A DNA stretch of 63,369 nucleotides, filler included, from Globobulimina sp. (lineage: Eukaryota), in assembly GCA_003354225.1 (NCBI GenBank). It is 18 parts of 18 records of this genome, joined end to end, with 100 filler letters (N's around TTAATTAATTAA, not from the genome) between each part and the next. Parts side by side here need not be neighbours in the genome. Positions count along the whole stretch, not along the records: positions 49,380 to 52,802 come from PIVH01002834.1; positions 52,903 to 56,325 come from PIVH01002835.1; positions 56,426 to 59,847 come from PIVH01002836.1; positions 59,948 to 63,369 come from PIVH01002837.1; 14 more parts are not named here. One strand, given 5' to 3'. The notes beneath the pieces were generated by a model that saw only the letters and a list, made by a program, of their open reading frames with translations, did not search any database and was not told where the DNA came from. Below are positions 50,329 through 63,100 of this stretch, in pieces. A program made the position numbers and the translations under genes. Position 1 is the stretch's first letter. Each line of letters starts with the position of its first letter.

Positions 50329-52802
50329 ATGGCAGACGACTTTTTCAGTCAACGATACAAAACACAACGTGCCAACCACGACATCAGCCAAGATATAAAG
50401 GCTTTGGAGACGCCGACATTTGGCGATGAAAAGAAAGATGAGGATGCATTTGCTTCTGCAGAAAACAAGCAAACTGCAAATCCATTCCAAGCACAGATAG
50501 TGGATGACGAGGATAATGGGAGTGGGTATACCATGGACGACTTATTAAATGGTTATGTGATCGATGAAGAGACGTTGTCCGCAATCGATGAATGTTTAAT
50601 ACATATCTCATCGGAATGGGACTTGTCCGACATTTTAAGCAAAGACTTGGCGGATTGCGAACAACTTATAATTAAGAAATGTAATGAGGCACATTCCACC
50701 ATACTTAGCTCCATCATCGATCCACCAAATATTTTATATGAGACATTATTGCGGTTAGCGAGGAAAATGAAAGCTATCTCCCTCGTTCTCGGCAATCAGA
50801 AAATGATATATGTTCCAGTTGAGTTATAATTGCAATATAAAAGAAACTGTTTCTGCATACAATAAATAGCAAAATATCGAGGAACTATCTGAAATTGGGG
50901 CGAAAATGCACGGCATAAATTCAATTATCACGATAAGAACCAACAGAGCCGGACATAAATCGGTTGATGATAGTGATTATAAGAGCGGCCATGACGACGA
51001 CGCCGAACCTAAATCAGGGAACAGTTTCGTAGCAGTTCCACGTACACTTATTTGCATTCATTTTATTTATATTGCAATACAAATACAATGCATACAGTGT
51101 TTGCAGAGAATGCGAGTAAAGACTTAGAATCATTGATCTTTTGCAAACGCAGATTGTACCAAAACACTGCCACCTGCAAAAAGCGTGAAAAACAATATTT
51201 AGAATCAAAGAAAAAAAAAATAAGCATTATTGGCGGTGTTACAAAGCAGTCAACAAAACAAGACAGCAACGCAGAGCATAAGATGTCGCAGCAAATTGAG
51301 AGTAATACAGAATTAACAGAAAGCAGAGCAGAGTTAGCACCGTTACAGAGTATTACAAAGAGTTCGAGTCATAGTACATTGAATAAAACGCATCCACACG
51401 ACATCGCCTGTGAAGGCTGTGGGAATTCAATCAGTTTTGTGGCGGATTTCGAGCAGATAATATGTTATAAAGTGCCTATAAAAGGAAATGAGTTGTTTTA
51501 TTTCCACGATTCATTCTGCGTTGTTAAGTAAAAAATGTATTTGTCCAATAATCGAAAAAACGTTTTTACAAAATGGCAGACTTTACGGAGATTGAAAGAA
51601 AGTATTCGTCGCTACGTATTGGATGAGTCATTGCCGGAAGCCCGCCGAGCTGAGACCATTGTTGGTTATATCCGCAATTTGCTGACAAACTTCAGCACCT
51701 TAATCACGACCGGCGGCGTGGTACCGCGGCCAAACCCGGTGAGCAGTGGCGATGCCAAAGGCAGTGCGCACAAATTGGCAATGATGCAGTTTGTACGGAG
51801 CAGCGCGCACAAATTGATACTGCGGCAGCAAGCATTGGAAGGGAGAGAAGCCAAAAATTTTGAAGATGAGTACAGTTGGATATTCGCCAACATTCCGCAA
51901 AGTGTGCAGTATACAGATATGGTGGTTTACGGGCCGTGTTTGGCAAAGTATATCATCCAGCAATTGCTGAGTAAGCAGCTGCAAAGTCTGTGGCTGACGT
52001 TAGCGTTTGTGGTGTCTGGCATGACTGCGACCACTTCCTTGCAGATCATCGAGGAGCACCGACCGGCTTTGGCCAAAGTTAAAGAGATGGACGATTTGGA
52101 TGTGGTGCTGACGAGTATGATTGAGGCGGCCGACTATACCATCGCCATGGCGCTGTATCTCAGGTTTGTGATATTAAACATTATGTGTGCAAACTATTTA
52201 TATTTCTATATAATAATATGCTGACACAGTGCGTATATGATGGAAAACGCAGAGAGAGACTTGTCGCGTTCTGAGGATTTCGAGGAAGTGGGAAACAAAT
52301 ATATCAGAATTGCCTCACAGTTGGTAGCAAGCGTGGAATCTGACCATTTGCTGTCGTTGTTACTAGAAACGCCCACTGACATCGCGCATTTGTCCGTGTT
52401 TGAGATTGCGATCAAAAATGGTATTGCCGATTTTATGGACGATTCGCGGATTCAGATGTTAATGGCTCATATGTGGAGCGAGTTTGACTTCCTTGACCCC
52501 GGCAAAAATTATAGGACGCAGGACATTGAATTGTTTGATGTGTTGGGCCGTTTAGCTATGCGGGCGGCTCGATTTTATTGTTTGGTGTTGCCTTTATCGC
52601 AACTTCTGAATATAAAGCATGTACAGTTGTTCTTCTCTGATTGTCCACATTCTAAATATATACACATACAAATGAAATGTACAGTTAACAATTTTGTATA
52701 TATTTAGAATGTGTACAATAAGAGACGAACCACTGTATATACACAAATGCACAGGCGGCCCCGTTGGCAGATATTGGGCGGAGTCGGTGACGGATATGGT
52801 CT
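50329..52802 (+). CDS. TRP(M)-like ion channel, N-terminal cytosolic part, multi-exon, 3'-partial
   Basis: Five GT-AG introns link the ORFs in frame; pre-S1-like A..L..VESD....LL...SVFEIAI....F....IQ.L..HMW, then FYCGPVGRY. Confidence 0.55.
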
Positions 52803-52970
52803 NNNNNNNNNNNNNNNNNNNNNNNNNNNNNNNNNNNNNNNNNNNNTTAATTAATTAANNNNNNNNNNNNNNNNNNNNNNNNNNNNNNNNNNNNNNNNNN
52901 NNATTGTTTTTATGCAATTATTTATACTTTAACGCAATTATTTAATTTGTATTAGTTTACAATGACTCGA

Positions 52971-53710
52971 TCATTTAAATAATTTAATGACAGAAGCAAG
53001 TTTTGCTCTGCATAGTGGGCATTCTTTCACAGAATCTTTACATTCCTCACAAAGACACAAATGGCCGCAAGGCACGCATAAATATTCTTTTTTTGCATCA
53101 AAGCAGATAATACATTCGTTTTCTTGATCATCCGGCTCATTTTCGTCTGTCTTTTTCTTATCTTCATCAACTTTTACATTCGTATTATGCTGTTTATTAA
53201 CGTTGCTATTATTATTTGTGTTATCTTGACTCATATCCTCTACGTTACTGCCATTTGCATCCATATCCGCACTCTGACTGTCACTCTCACTCTCACTCTC
53301 CGACACATACTCGATGCTATCATCAGCAACAACAAATGTATGCAAATCACTATTCGCGTATATTTCAAGTATACTCTCATCATCACTCTCCTCCATTATT
53401 CGCCGTCTTTTCAATGCAGGTTTTGGATATTTATCATCAGATTCAATAATTCACTCTCGCTGCTGGTGCTAATACGCCGTCTTTTTAGTCGCTTACTAAT
53501 ATTCATACTTTTTTTATTTTTATTCCTGTTCCGATTTAAGCGCCGATTTCCTCTCACTTTGGCAATGCCAAACTCAGTCAATATCCTTTCAATTTGTTTT
53601 AAAATGTGATTGTCGCCATTTGCTATGTACCATAAACGTGTTACTTTATCAAAGCGTGCATCCAATGTTGATTTTAGCCATTCGCGATTGTAATATGTGG
53701 AGCCGCGCAA
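52971..53710 (-). CDS. C3HC4 (IAP/MGRN-type) RING protein with DUF5710-like N-terminus; frameshift near 53445
   Basis: CIICFD....LCVPCGHLCLCEEC.....CPLCR; upstream GSTY..REWLK..LDARFD....WY. Confidence 0.7.
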
Positions 53711-53824
53711 TTGGCAACGAGGCTTTTCTTCAATTATGAAATTATGAAACGATTATGATGTGATTATGAAGATTTTTTGACTATATATAAATAGTCATAT
53801 CTATTATTGTAAATTGATTATGAA

Positions 53825-54730
53825 CTGTATATTTTTGTAGTTTGTCACGCAAATTCCATCGGATTTGGTTAGATCACTTTGGTTCATGTACCAAAGCGAT
53901 ATGTCGTGTCACTGGTTTTTGATATATTTTGTCTTTGGTTAAGCAGTTTGTATTCATATTGCACTGTTTATTTTTATCGCGCATACAAACATTGATATGT
54001 TACTGTACTTAGTTGGATTTGTACAGTTATTTTATGATAGCTTCCGAACATCGATTTGTTTCGCACTTTAGTATAGTTTTGCAAACATCGATATATTTAT
54101 ACATTTTGCTACGCAAATTCCTTCGGATTTGTACTGTTTATTATTGTTAGTTATGCGAAACTCGATTTGTTTTGTATTTTATAACGCAAATTCTATCAGA
54201 TTTGCACTGTTTATTTACACAAAAATTGATGCATTTTTATAGTTTGTTACGCAGATTCCATCGGATTTGCACTGTTTATCGTCGTTGATCACGCAAAAAT
54301 TGATACATTTTTGCAGTTTATTGCGCATTCCAATGGGATTTGCACGGTTTATTGTTGTTGGTATTTGATAATGCAAAGTTGATATATTTTGTAGTTTGTG
54401 ATCAGATTTGCACTGTTTGTAATTGCATATCATTCACACATTGATATGTTTCGTCGTTTTGTGCTAATTCCATTTGAATTGCACTGGTTTTGATATGGTT
54501 TGGTATTTTGTGCGAATTCTATTTGAACTGCACTGTTCATGGATGGTTTACATCACTGAGGCATTGTTAATGTTGTTGTACATATTCTATTCGGATTGCA
54601 CTGATTATAGCTGCTTATCATTGAAAATTGATGTGTTTTTGTTGATTGTTGTGCTTATTCTATTTAAATTGCACTGTTAATAGGTGTTTCTCATACGAAC
54701 ACCGATGCATCCACGTTGCACAAATTACAT
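53825..54730. repeat. Degenerate tandem array A, ~65-73-bp unit with central GCAAATTC-N4-GGATTTGC hairpin
   Basis: Hairpin cores at about 53849, 54113, 54186, 54251, 54323, 54461, 54510, 54578, 54651. Confidence 0.8.
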
Positions 54731-54899
54731 TTGATTTGTTCTGTTTATAGTGGTTTCTCATACGAATATTATGGGTTGTTGTAGCACTGTTTGTTGCCAT
54801 TCTTGTTGTTGAAAACAGTGGAAAACTCTTCAAACTAAGAAGTTTATGGTTTAGCATGGCCCGTTTCCGTGATATAAGCAATGTAGTTTGGTGGGATAT

Positions 54900-55460
54900 A
54901 ACGGATATTTGAGGCACGTTAACCGCCTCAACCAACAACAATTGTATATTTGATTTGGTTTGAGTTAAATGTGGCGGACATTCCCCACATTCACGACACA
55001 AAGAATTGTGGTTTTTAATTGATTTTGGTGGATTTAACAGACATTCTCCACAACCACAGCACAAAGAATATGTATTTTAGACGGATTTGAGGCATACTTA
55101 CCGCCTCAACAAAAAATTTATGTTTGAATTGAGTTGGATTGAATGTGGTGGAGATTCCCCACATTTACAGCAGATGGATTTGGTACGATTTGAGGCATAT
55201 TCACCGCCTCAACACCGACAAAGATTACATGTTTGAATGGATTTTGGTGAGGTTTGACCGTTTGAGTCATATTCACCGAATCGACACCGACAAAGTATAT
55301 TTGAGTTGGCTTTGATTAGCATTCCACACAACAACACATAAAATGTGTTTTTAATGGAATGTTTGAATTGTTTTGGATGGAATGCATCGGGCATTCCCAA
55401 CACAACACAAGAATGTGGATTTGGTGGATTTTGATGCACATTTCCACCTCCACAGCAACA
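54900..55460. repeat. Degenerate tandem array B, ~50-70-bp unit with alternating hairpins
   Basis: TTGAGGC-N9-GCCTCAA at 54909, 55087, 55190; AATGTGG-N10-CCACATT at 54968, 55142. Confidence 0.8.
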
Positions 55461-55604
55461 AAACATTATGGTATGCGTATTCATACTTTTTTATTGTGTC
55501 ACTTTGTGTGTTGTCTTTAGTAACATATTTATCTCTTTGTTGAGATAAATATTTGAGTTTTTATTTATAATCTATTATGGTTGCGTTTTATGAAAAACAC
55601 TCCC

Positions 55605-56070
55605 ATCTAGATTCCAGTTGGGCTGCCAAGCCTAGTCAGTCCCCTGCACGGACTTTAGTTTGTCTGTGGGTAAAGTGAGTCCTTGTTTGTTGAATTATAC
55701 CAGAGTATATTCATCAAACAAGTCCGAATCCAGGCCAGGTTTCTGAATATAAACCTGACCTGAATCCTGACTCCCTTTGCAGTCCTTGCAGCGGCTTTTC
55801 CAACCGTACACCTAGTATGGAAGGAGAACAATTGGAAAGAATATTGCTAGTATTCACTAGTTAATACTAGCGTATTCAGAAATTGGTAGATATCGGACAT
55901 ATTACGAATCATAATGAGTGGTCATAATCCGTGTCTCAATTTCTGATTATTTCTCTCCTTCAAGATTTTTCTCCCACCCTGCCACCCTAACTCAGGTCCT
56001 TGACTCAAAGTGAGAAAGACCCTTTGGTCAACCCCCTACTCTGGCTTCTGGCAGGGGTAAACAAACTCCA
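55605..56070. ncRNA. Candidate structured RNA/DNA element (family unknown)
   Basis: GC-richer and ORF-free, with at least 8 stems, including 55726-55742/55751-55767, 55682-55722, 55846-55871, 55876-55946. Confidence 0.45.
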
Positions 56071-56425
56071 GAAATAATATTGGCACTTTTGATTGCTTTA
56101 TCAGATTTGAAACGGGTTGTCTGTTCACTTGAAAAAGTATGCGGTGAATATCGTAAATATTATAAATAATATGGGTGGCAATGGTAAATCATTAAATATC
56201 AAATGTTTAGAAATACTATTTGGGTTCTGAATAAGAGATATGGATCGATGTTTGATAAACAAAAAATCAAAAATTAATATTGGTGCGGAATTAAACAAAT
56301 TAAAAAATTGTTTGTTAGCAAAATTNNNNNNNNNNNNNNNNNNNNNNNNNNNNNNNNNNNNNNNNNNNNTTAATTAATTAANNNNNNNNNNNNNNNNNNN
56401 NNNNNNNNNNNNNNNNNNNNNNNNN

Positions 56426-59400
56426 ATCTTACGCAATTGTAATAAGCCACAACAAGCTGAATATGTAATGTGCGATGCGTTTGCACGATGTGAAGCAATA
56501 ATGAATGTGAGAGTGATTGATATAGAAAATCTATTAAACAACGAATTAAACTCAAATTGCGAGGAATGTTTTATTTGGCAAATCACTGATTATACCACAG
56601 CCAATATATGGATTGATATAAGCGATGCTTACGGGGAGCAAGTTACATTTATCAATAGCTTAGTTGCGACAAATAGGCAATACACAGATTATCAGATCAA
56701 TATGATCGTAAATTCAAAGAGAAAAGAACATTTCGGATATTGCTATGACAAAGAAATTGAGCACACTCATATATTTAAGCAAAATCATGAATACGGAGTA
56801 AGATTAATGGTGACTGATAATGCAGAATTTGAATTTGTATCAAATGTGACCAATATTTTTGTACATACGTTACCATCATGGCGTAATGCAGTATGTTCCG
56901 TTGACGATATTGAAAACATCAAAGTATTGGATTCATTTCATCTGATTTGTAATTATAATGATTCTAACTTATTATACAATGTGTTACTTGATGACGTTTT
57001 AATTTCAAGTTATTTTGTTGAAAGTTTATCTGAGTTGTCAAGTGTTGTTGGAAGTGGTGGCGTAGCAATTACCGTATTAATAAAAAATATTTATGATGGA
57101 GTACAATGTATTGATATTAATCAGTCATTTCCCTCAATAATCAGTGTTGTTGATTCAAATGTAACCATAGAAGACATATTTGAAAAAATCGAAAGCATCC
57201 TAAATGAAACAGACATATCGATGGATGTGTCAGTTTCATTATATTCTGTTGTCAATGATTTATACAAATTTAATTATTCCACACAATCGGAATCGACAAT
57301 TATTGTAACAGAGCTCATTCAAAATATCGTGATTGAAAATTATACGGATTATACCAATTATAAGTATATCATATCAGAACTGGCAACATTATCCACTTTA
57401 ACATCCAATTCTGACATTGTTGCTATGAATGTTGTTTCAAATGATTTGGTTGATGAATACTTGCCAAATACATTTGATGTAATTGAGAATTATGTTGAGC
57501 AATATCAGGAAAATGAAGATCTCCACAGTTCATTACATTCCATCACCAACCAAACACAAACACTTTTGGTCAATTTAGAATCATATTTAGATGTATTTAT
57601 TGATAATATCATTGTTAACAAAACAAATAGAACTGTAATTATTAAAGTTAATGAAATAAATGAGAGATTGGCTGATTTTGCAACGTTATCAGCATCCAAT
57701 GCATTGATACAATCTTTACCGGGGGAGAGATATAGTGATACATTGATAAAATATAATAATGACGGCAGTCTTGATTTTATTAAAGAAATTGAATCAACAA
57801 AGTTTGAAAATAGAAATATTTCCTATGTTGAAAATGAAGAGTATCAACTTCCTGAATGTGGTACAAAGTATAATAAAATTATTTTACCGATAACATTCGT
57901 CAAACAAAACCAAGGAATATATCAATGTTCAATGGTTTCATCAACAAAGAATCGATTTGTCCCATTTGGTAATAAATATAAGTCAAAATCAGGCGTTGTT
58001 TCCATAAATATTTATGATGGATTACAGGGCCAAGAACCCGTTAAATACGATACAAACGACTGTTTTCCATATATTATTACTATTAAAGTGACGGATAAAA
58101 ATGTCACAACAAATAATTTACGAAATTCATACGAATTAAATAAAAATAACACTTTTCCATTATGCACTTTTTGGAATTCAACGCAGTCAAATTGGGATAA
58201 TAATGGTTGTTATATTTATAATATTTCAGATGATACTGTATTATGTGCATGTTCTCATTTGTCAACATTTCAAATATCTTCAACTGACTTTATACCAAAG
58301 ACAAACATTGAGGGACTATGGAAATGGCGAGATATTACTGCTCAAAACGCAATCCGCCATCCTATCATTTGGATAACATTATTGATCATAGTTACAATTA
58401 TCTGCATTGTTGGATTGATAAATCCTGGTAAATATAAAAACCGCTCAATGTTGGCATATCTGGATATTATATATCAAGATGTTCGAAACGAGAAAATGAA
58501 GCACGATATAACTGGTTTAGAAATCAAAACTTTTAAATCAATGATACCAAAATTAAACGAACCCGGAAGAGGAATATTAAATTTTTCTAAAAATAAAAAA
58601 AAATCATTATGTTTATTACAATTAAAGTTATTCTTCGTTTATTTCAAAAATGATCATACCATTTTATCAATATTTCAACGCAGTGCAGGTACAAATTTTT
58701 CAACGCGACAAAGATTAGCTGTTTTTTTTATGTATTTAACGACAATCATGGTATCATCCGCTGCATTCTATGGTGTTAAACAAGCCACGCCGATGGGTGA
58801 TATTTCTGCTTCTTTTGTAATATCATTATCGAGTTTTATTCCAACAATGATTGTCAAACAATTATTCATTAAATCAAAGCCACCCATAGTTCCACATGAA
58901 AAGCAGAGAAAAGAAGGCTCGATTCAGTCAGCACTGAGGCAGTTGGTATTAGTCAATACAAAGACCTATAAAGAGGCAGTTGGTAAAATAGTAAAAGAAA
59001 AATTCAATTCGGACATTGAGACAGTGAATATTGCATTGAATAAAGTAAAAGATGACACAGTCTTAAAATTAGAATTAACGGATAAAATAAGAGATATTTT
59101 GTTTAGCGAATTATATCCACTTCCATCAAAATGTAAAATCGCAGCATGGATCATATTGACAATATGGACAATTATCTGTGCGTTAATTGCAATTGGTTTT
59201 GGAATCCAATTTGATTTAAGTTATCACGAAAAACATAAAGAAGCATTTGATTTTTTTAATGCAGGCTGTTTGAATAATTTTAAACAATTTGTTATAGAAA
59301 ATGGATTATCAGAAGTTGAAATATCCAATTTACAAAACTCTTTGAAATCATATCATTCTGATAATTTCCCATCAAATTCAGCATTGCAATTAAATGATTC

Positions 59401-59847
59401 AACGTCATGGCTTTATTCATTGTTGGAGTCTGTTATTTTATCAATTATTTTATGGCAACCTTTAATAATTTGGATGGTGACATGGCTTAAAATTTGGTTT
59501 TTTTCATGGAATTTAAGGATGGCAATATTTAATTTCAAAAATATTCGGAAGTTATTGGCCAAGTTATTGTATATTGATGATGGCGAAGTTATTGTATATG
59601 TAGAGGAAGAGGAAGAGGAAGAGGAGGATGTTAGTGATGATTCTGAACATATTAATAAACCCAAAACGAGTCCTAATCGTCGAGAATCCTCAGTTGTGTC
59701 CAATGCAGATCGTCCATTGGATTTACTCGGCTTTTTTGGTCACGACGAACTGTTTGAAAATGATGATATGAAAACAACAGAAATGACAGAAATAAATAAA
59801 AAACGAAAATCATCAATGGATACAAGCATTGCTCTTTCAACTATTAA
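56426..59847 (+). CDS. Polycystin-1-like (REJ/GAIN-GPS + TM) protein, partial at both ends
   Basis: GPS CTFWN....WDNNGC...C.CSHLSTF; DH.ILSIF.R...FS.RQR....F.YL...M...AFYG PKD1-type TM motif. Confidence 0.8.
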
Positions 59848-60112
59848 NNNNNNNNNNNNNNNNNNNNNNNNNNNNNNNNNNNNNNNNNNNNTTAATTAAT
59901 TAANNNNNNNNNNNNNNNNNNNNNNNNNNNNNNNNNNNNNNNNNNNNTTTTTTTTTGTATTTGCTATTTGACTGAAAATAAGAATAAAACATCACCGCTA
60001 CGTCAATCGAGTGCACAATTTGCAAAGAAAAATAGAAAGAAAAAGAAATACAAAGTGGAATTAGCAGACCTCTCTGAGGTATGACATACGGATATACTCA
60101 CAAATATAATCA

Positions 60113-63100
60113 TTGGTTGCAATTAATGTTTTTCGATCGAGACTAATTGTTTGTAAAATTTGTTTTCTTTCACTGTTTGCTGTGTTTTGTTTTATTGATT
60201 GCAATCAAAGTGAGCCTACCCGTTACATGTTTGTATTTGTTTTTGTTTACACCTTAAAAACACGCAAAACACACCAAACAGTCATTAGTCTCACGTACTC
60301 CGCCATCACATTGGAAGCATACATATACCACTTTTACAAGCAATAAACCACAAATCTCACCACTTAGTGATCAGGTTTTTATTTTTATCACAACCGATAT
60401 CAATATGCATATAAATATAAATACAACAGAATATATCCCATCCGCCTGTTCGTTATGGAGTAGATTCAATGATAATGATTGCCATCGCAACTTATTGCAG
60501 CATTGTAGCATCATTACAAGTATTAATACAAATATTAATTGCCGCTGGAGTTATGGATGGCAATTCTGACGCATTAAAAATGTTTGGTTTTCAAGTACCG
60601 CAAGAACGATACGAGTGGGTTTTATATTTAACTCTTGATCTAATACTATGTTTGATCACTATTGCATTGGCGTATGCACATAAACGCAGAAACGACAAAT
60701 ATAAATGGTCGCGTTTAAACATACTCAACATTCAAAAAGTATTACTGGCTACGTCCAAATCATTGCCTCTCATCGATGTGGAACATACACATTTAAGTGC
60801 AATATCCTCCGATGACGACGAAGACGACATAGATATTGAAGCTTCTATCAACAGTGTATCCACACAAAGAACAATGTTGATCACTGGCGCTAAACTACCA
60901 ACTTTGCCCATATTTTATACCTTTATAACTTCGTGTTTATTGCTCATTATATCCATTGCAGCGCCCTCTATTCTTCATATACCATATTTTTTGGTGGTGT
61001 TATTAGTCTGTTTAGGCCCAATTATTGCGTTATGGACGCAAACAAAGCCTGTATTTCATTTGTTTGGTCCAGTCTATATGTTGCTGCATTTAATACTGAC
61101 ATCAATATATCAAGTTGACAGCATACGGGAAGCGTTTCCGGATACATTGGCTAATATGCTCGGTTTAGTTGATTTGCATCAACAATATTGGACCTATGAC
61201 GAGCTAAAAAGTAATCAACATCTCGTACCAACTGCAGTCGCCACTATATTTGCTATTGTATTGTTTTATGGATTGGGATTGCGGCCCGTTTTGTTGCATT
61301 CTTCCATTTATAGAGCTACGCCAAGGCGGCAATCACTAAGGCAAAGAGCCTCCGGATCGTCAGCACGGAAATCCGCCGCCAACTTATTTCTGTCACCACC
61401 AACGAGCAGAAAAAAAGCGAGATCCATCATGCTGCCACAAAAAACACCATCGCAAAAAGGCGCGGCCTATCACTCTCTGCCCGATATGGAGTCGGATATT
61501 ATTTCCGATTTAACTTCAGATTCAAAGGAAAACATTGGTTCAAATTCACAGGAAAACATCAAGAAATTTGTACCGCAAAAAGCAGACATTACTGCAGTAG
61601 AAGAAGAGCAAAAAGATGATGATGGACCGTTGGAAATTATAAATGAATCAGCCACAAAAATAATATCCGATCGGAGGTTGAGTATAATGAGTACTATATG
61701 TTGTAGATTATCTGCTGAATGCTATGAGCAAGAAGCCAAAAGTGGCCATGGTGACATCAAAGAAGAAGAATTTGATAATAAACAGCAAAAATTGGATAAC
61801 AAACAGCAGAGAATTAAAGAAAGAGCACGTGCGTTTTCAGGCATTTCAGCAGTTGTTTCTGCTTCAAAACTGAGAAAAAAAAGATCAAAAACAGTTGATC
61901 ATATTGGCACAGATTCCGATACTGATTCGGACGACGAGACTATGGTTCGGATCGAGAGACAGGAAACACTAAAACGACTGCGTTCGGAGCACTTAACGCG
62001 AAGGAAATTGTCCATGGTCAGTGTACAAACCAGCAAAAGTATGTCAACTAAGACCAGTGGACAGATTGCATTGAATGAGGAGGATAATGTATTTATGAGC
62101 AAAGTTAAATGGTTTTTATACTGTGTTGAGAGGTTTATTGAGAACATGGGGGACTGGTTTAAATGGAGGTTTTTTTTGGGCGGGCCGTTAATTTGTCAGT
62201 TGGTTTGTTTATGGGCATGTTTCCCGCATCAGGATGCTTTTTTTATTATTATTATGATGTGGTCGTATTTATCATTGTTTTTATTGTCGTCGGTTCAAAC
62301 AAGAGGCTTCTTTAAAAACGGGGTGGTTTGCATTTTATTGTATTCCATCTGTGCAGCATTTATTAAATACATATCATATATTCCATCGTTGTATGATTCA
62401 AATTCGAGTGAATGGTTTGCTTATTTTGGTATGGAGGACTATGGCGATTGGAATGGATCGTATATGTTTGCGGCATGCGTACCGTTTTTGATAAGTGCGG
62501 GATATTTAGAGATACAAAAGTTATATCAATGGATTTCGTGTGGTAAAATTGTGACGTATTTACAGACAAAAAACAAATCAAAAAAAGATCGTCGAAGAGG
62601 CATCCGTGAAATGAAGAAGATTGCTGCTTTATACCCACAGAATTTTGAGATGATTATGTCCAAACATGGCGGCACAATCTTACATTGTTGTGTTGACTTT
62701 CGAAATGCAGATATGGTTGCAATTGTTGCTCCGTATATTAATATCAATGCGCGTGATATGTATGGCCGTACCGCATTATCTCAGGCGAGGAGAATACACA
62801 AACATTCCACGGATGACACAGAGATTGGACAAATGGATGGTATTATTGCTGCGTTATGGCGAGTTGGCTGTAAACGGAATAAACAAATGAAATGGTATTC
62901 GAAATTTTGGCAATTTTTAGGCATGACTATGAATTATTTAGCTGCAGCTTTTTATTTCATGATTGGGAAATTTATATTGTTTGGCGTCTATGTCATCAGT
63001 ACAGAACGTGCAGACATTTTACATTTAATATTTTTGGTGTTCTTTTTAGCATTCATTGTATTGGGGCCATTAGCACGCAAATATTGGTGGACATTAATAT

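Noticed and set aside
53825-55460. CRISPR array
   Set aside because: Repeats are degenerate, linkers are homologous to each other, no cas genes, eukaryotic context
55984-55991. ACCCTAAC as a telomerase RNA template for TTAGGG
   Set aside because: Only 8 nt; the downstream pairings do not give a plausible pseudoknot geometry and several G-U pairs favour the opposite strand; left to a covariance search
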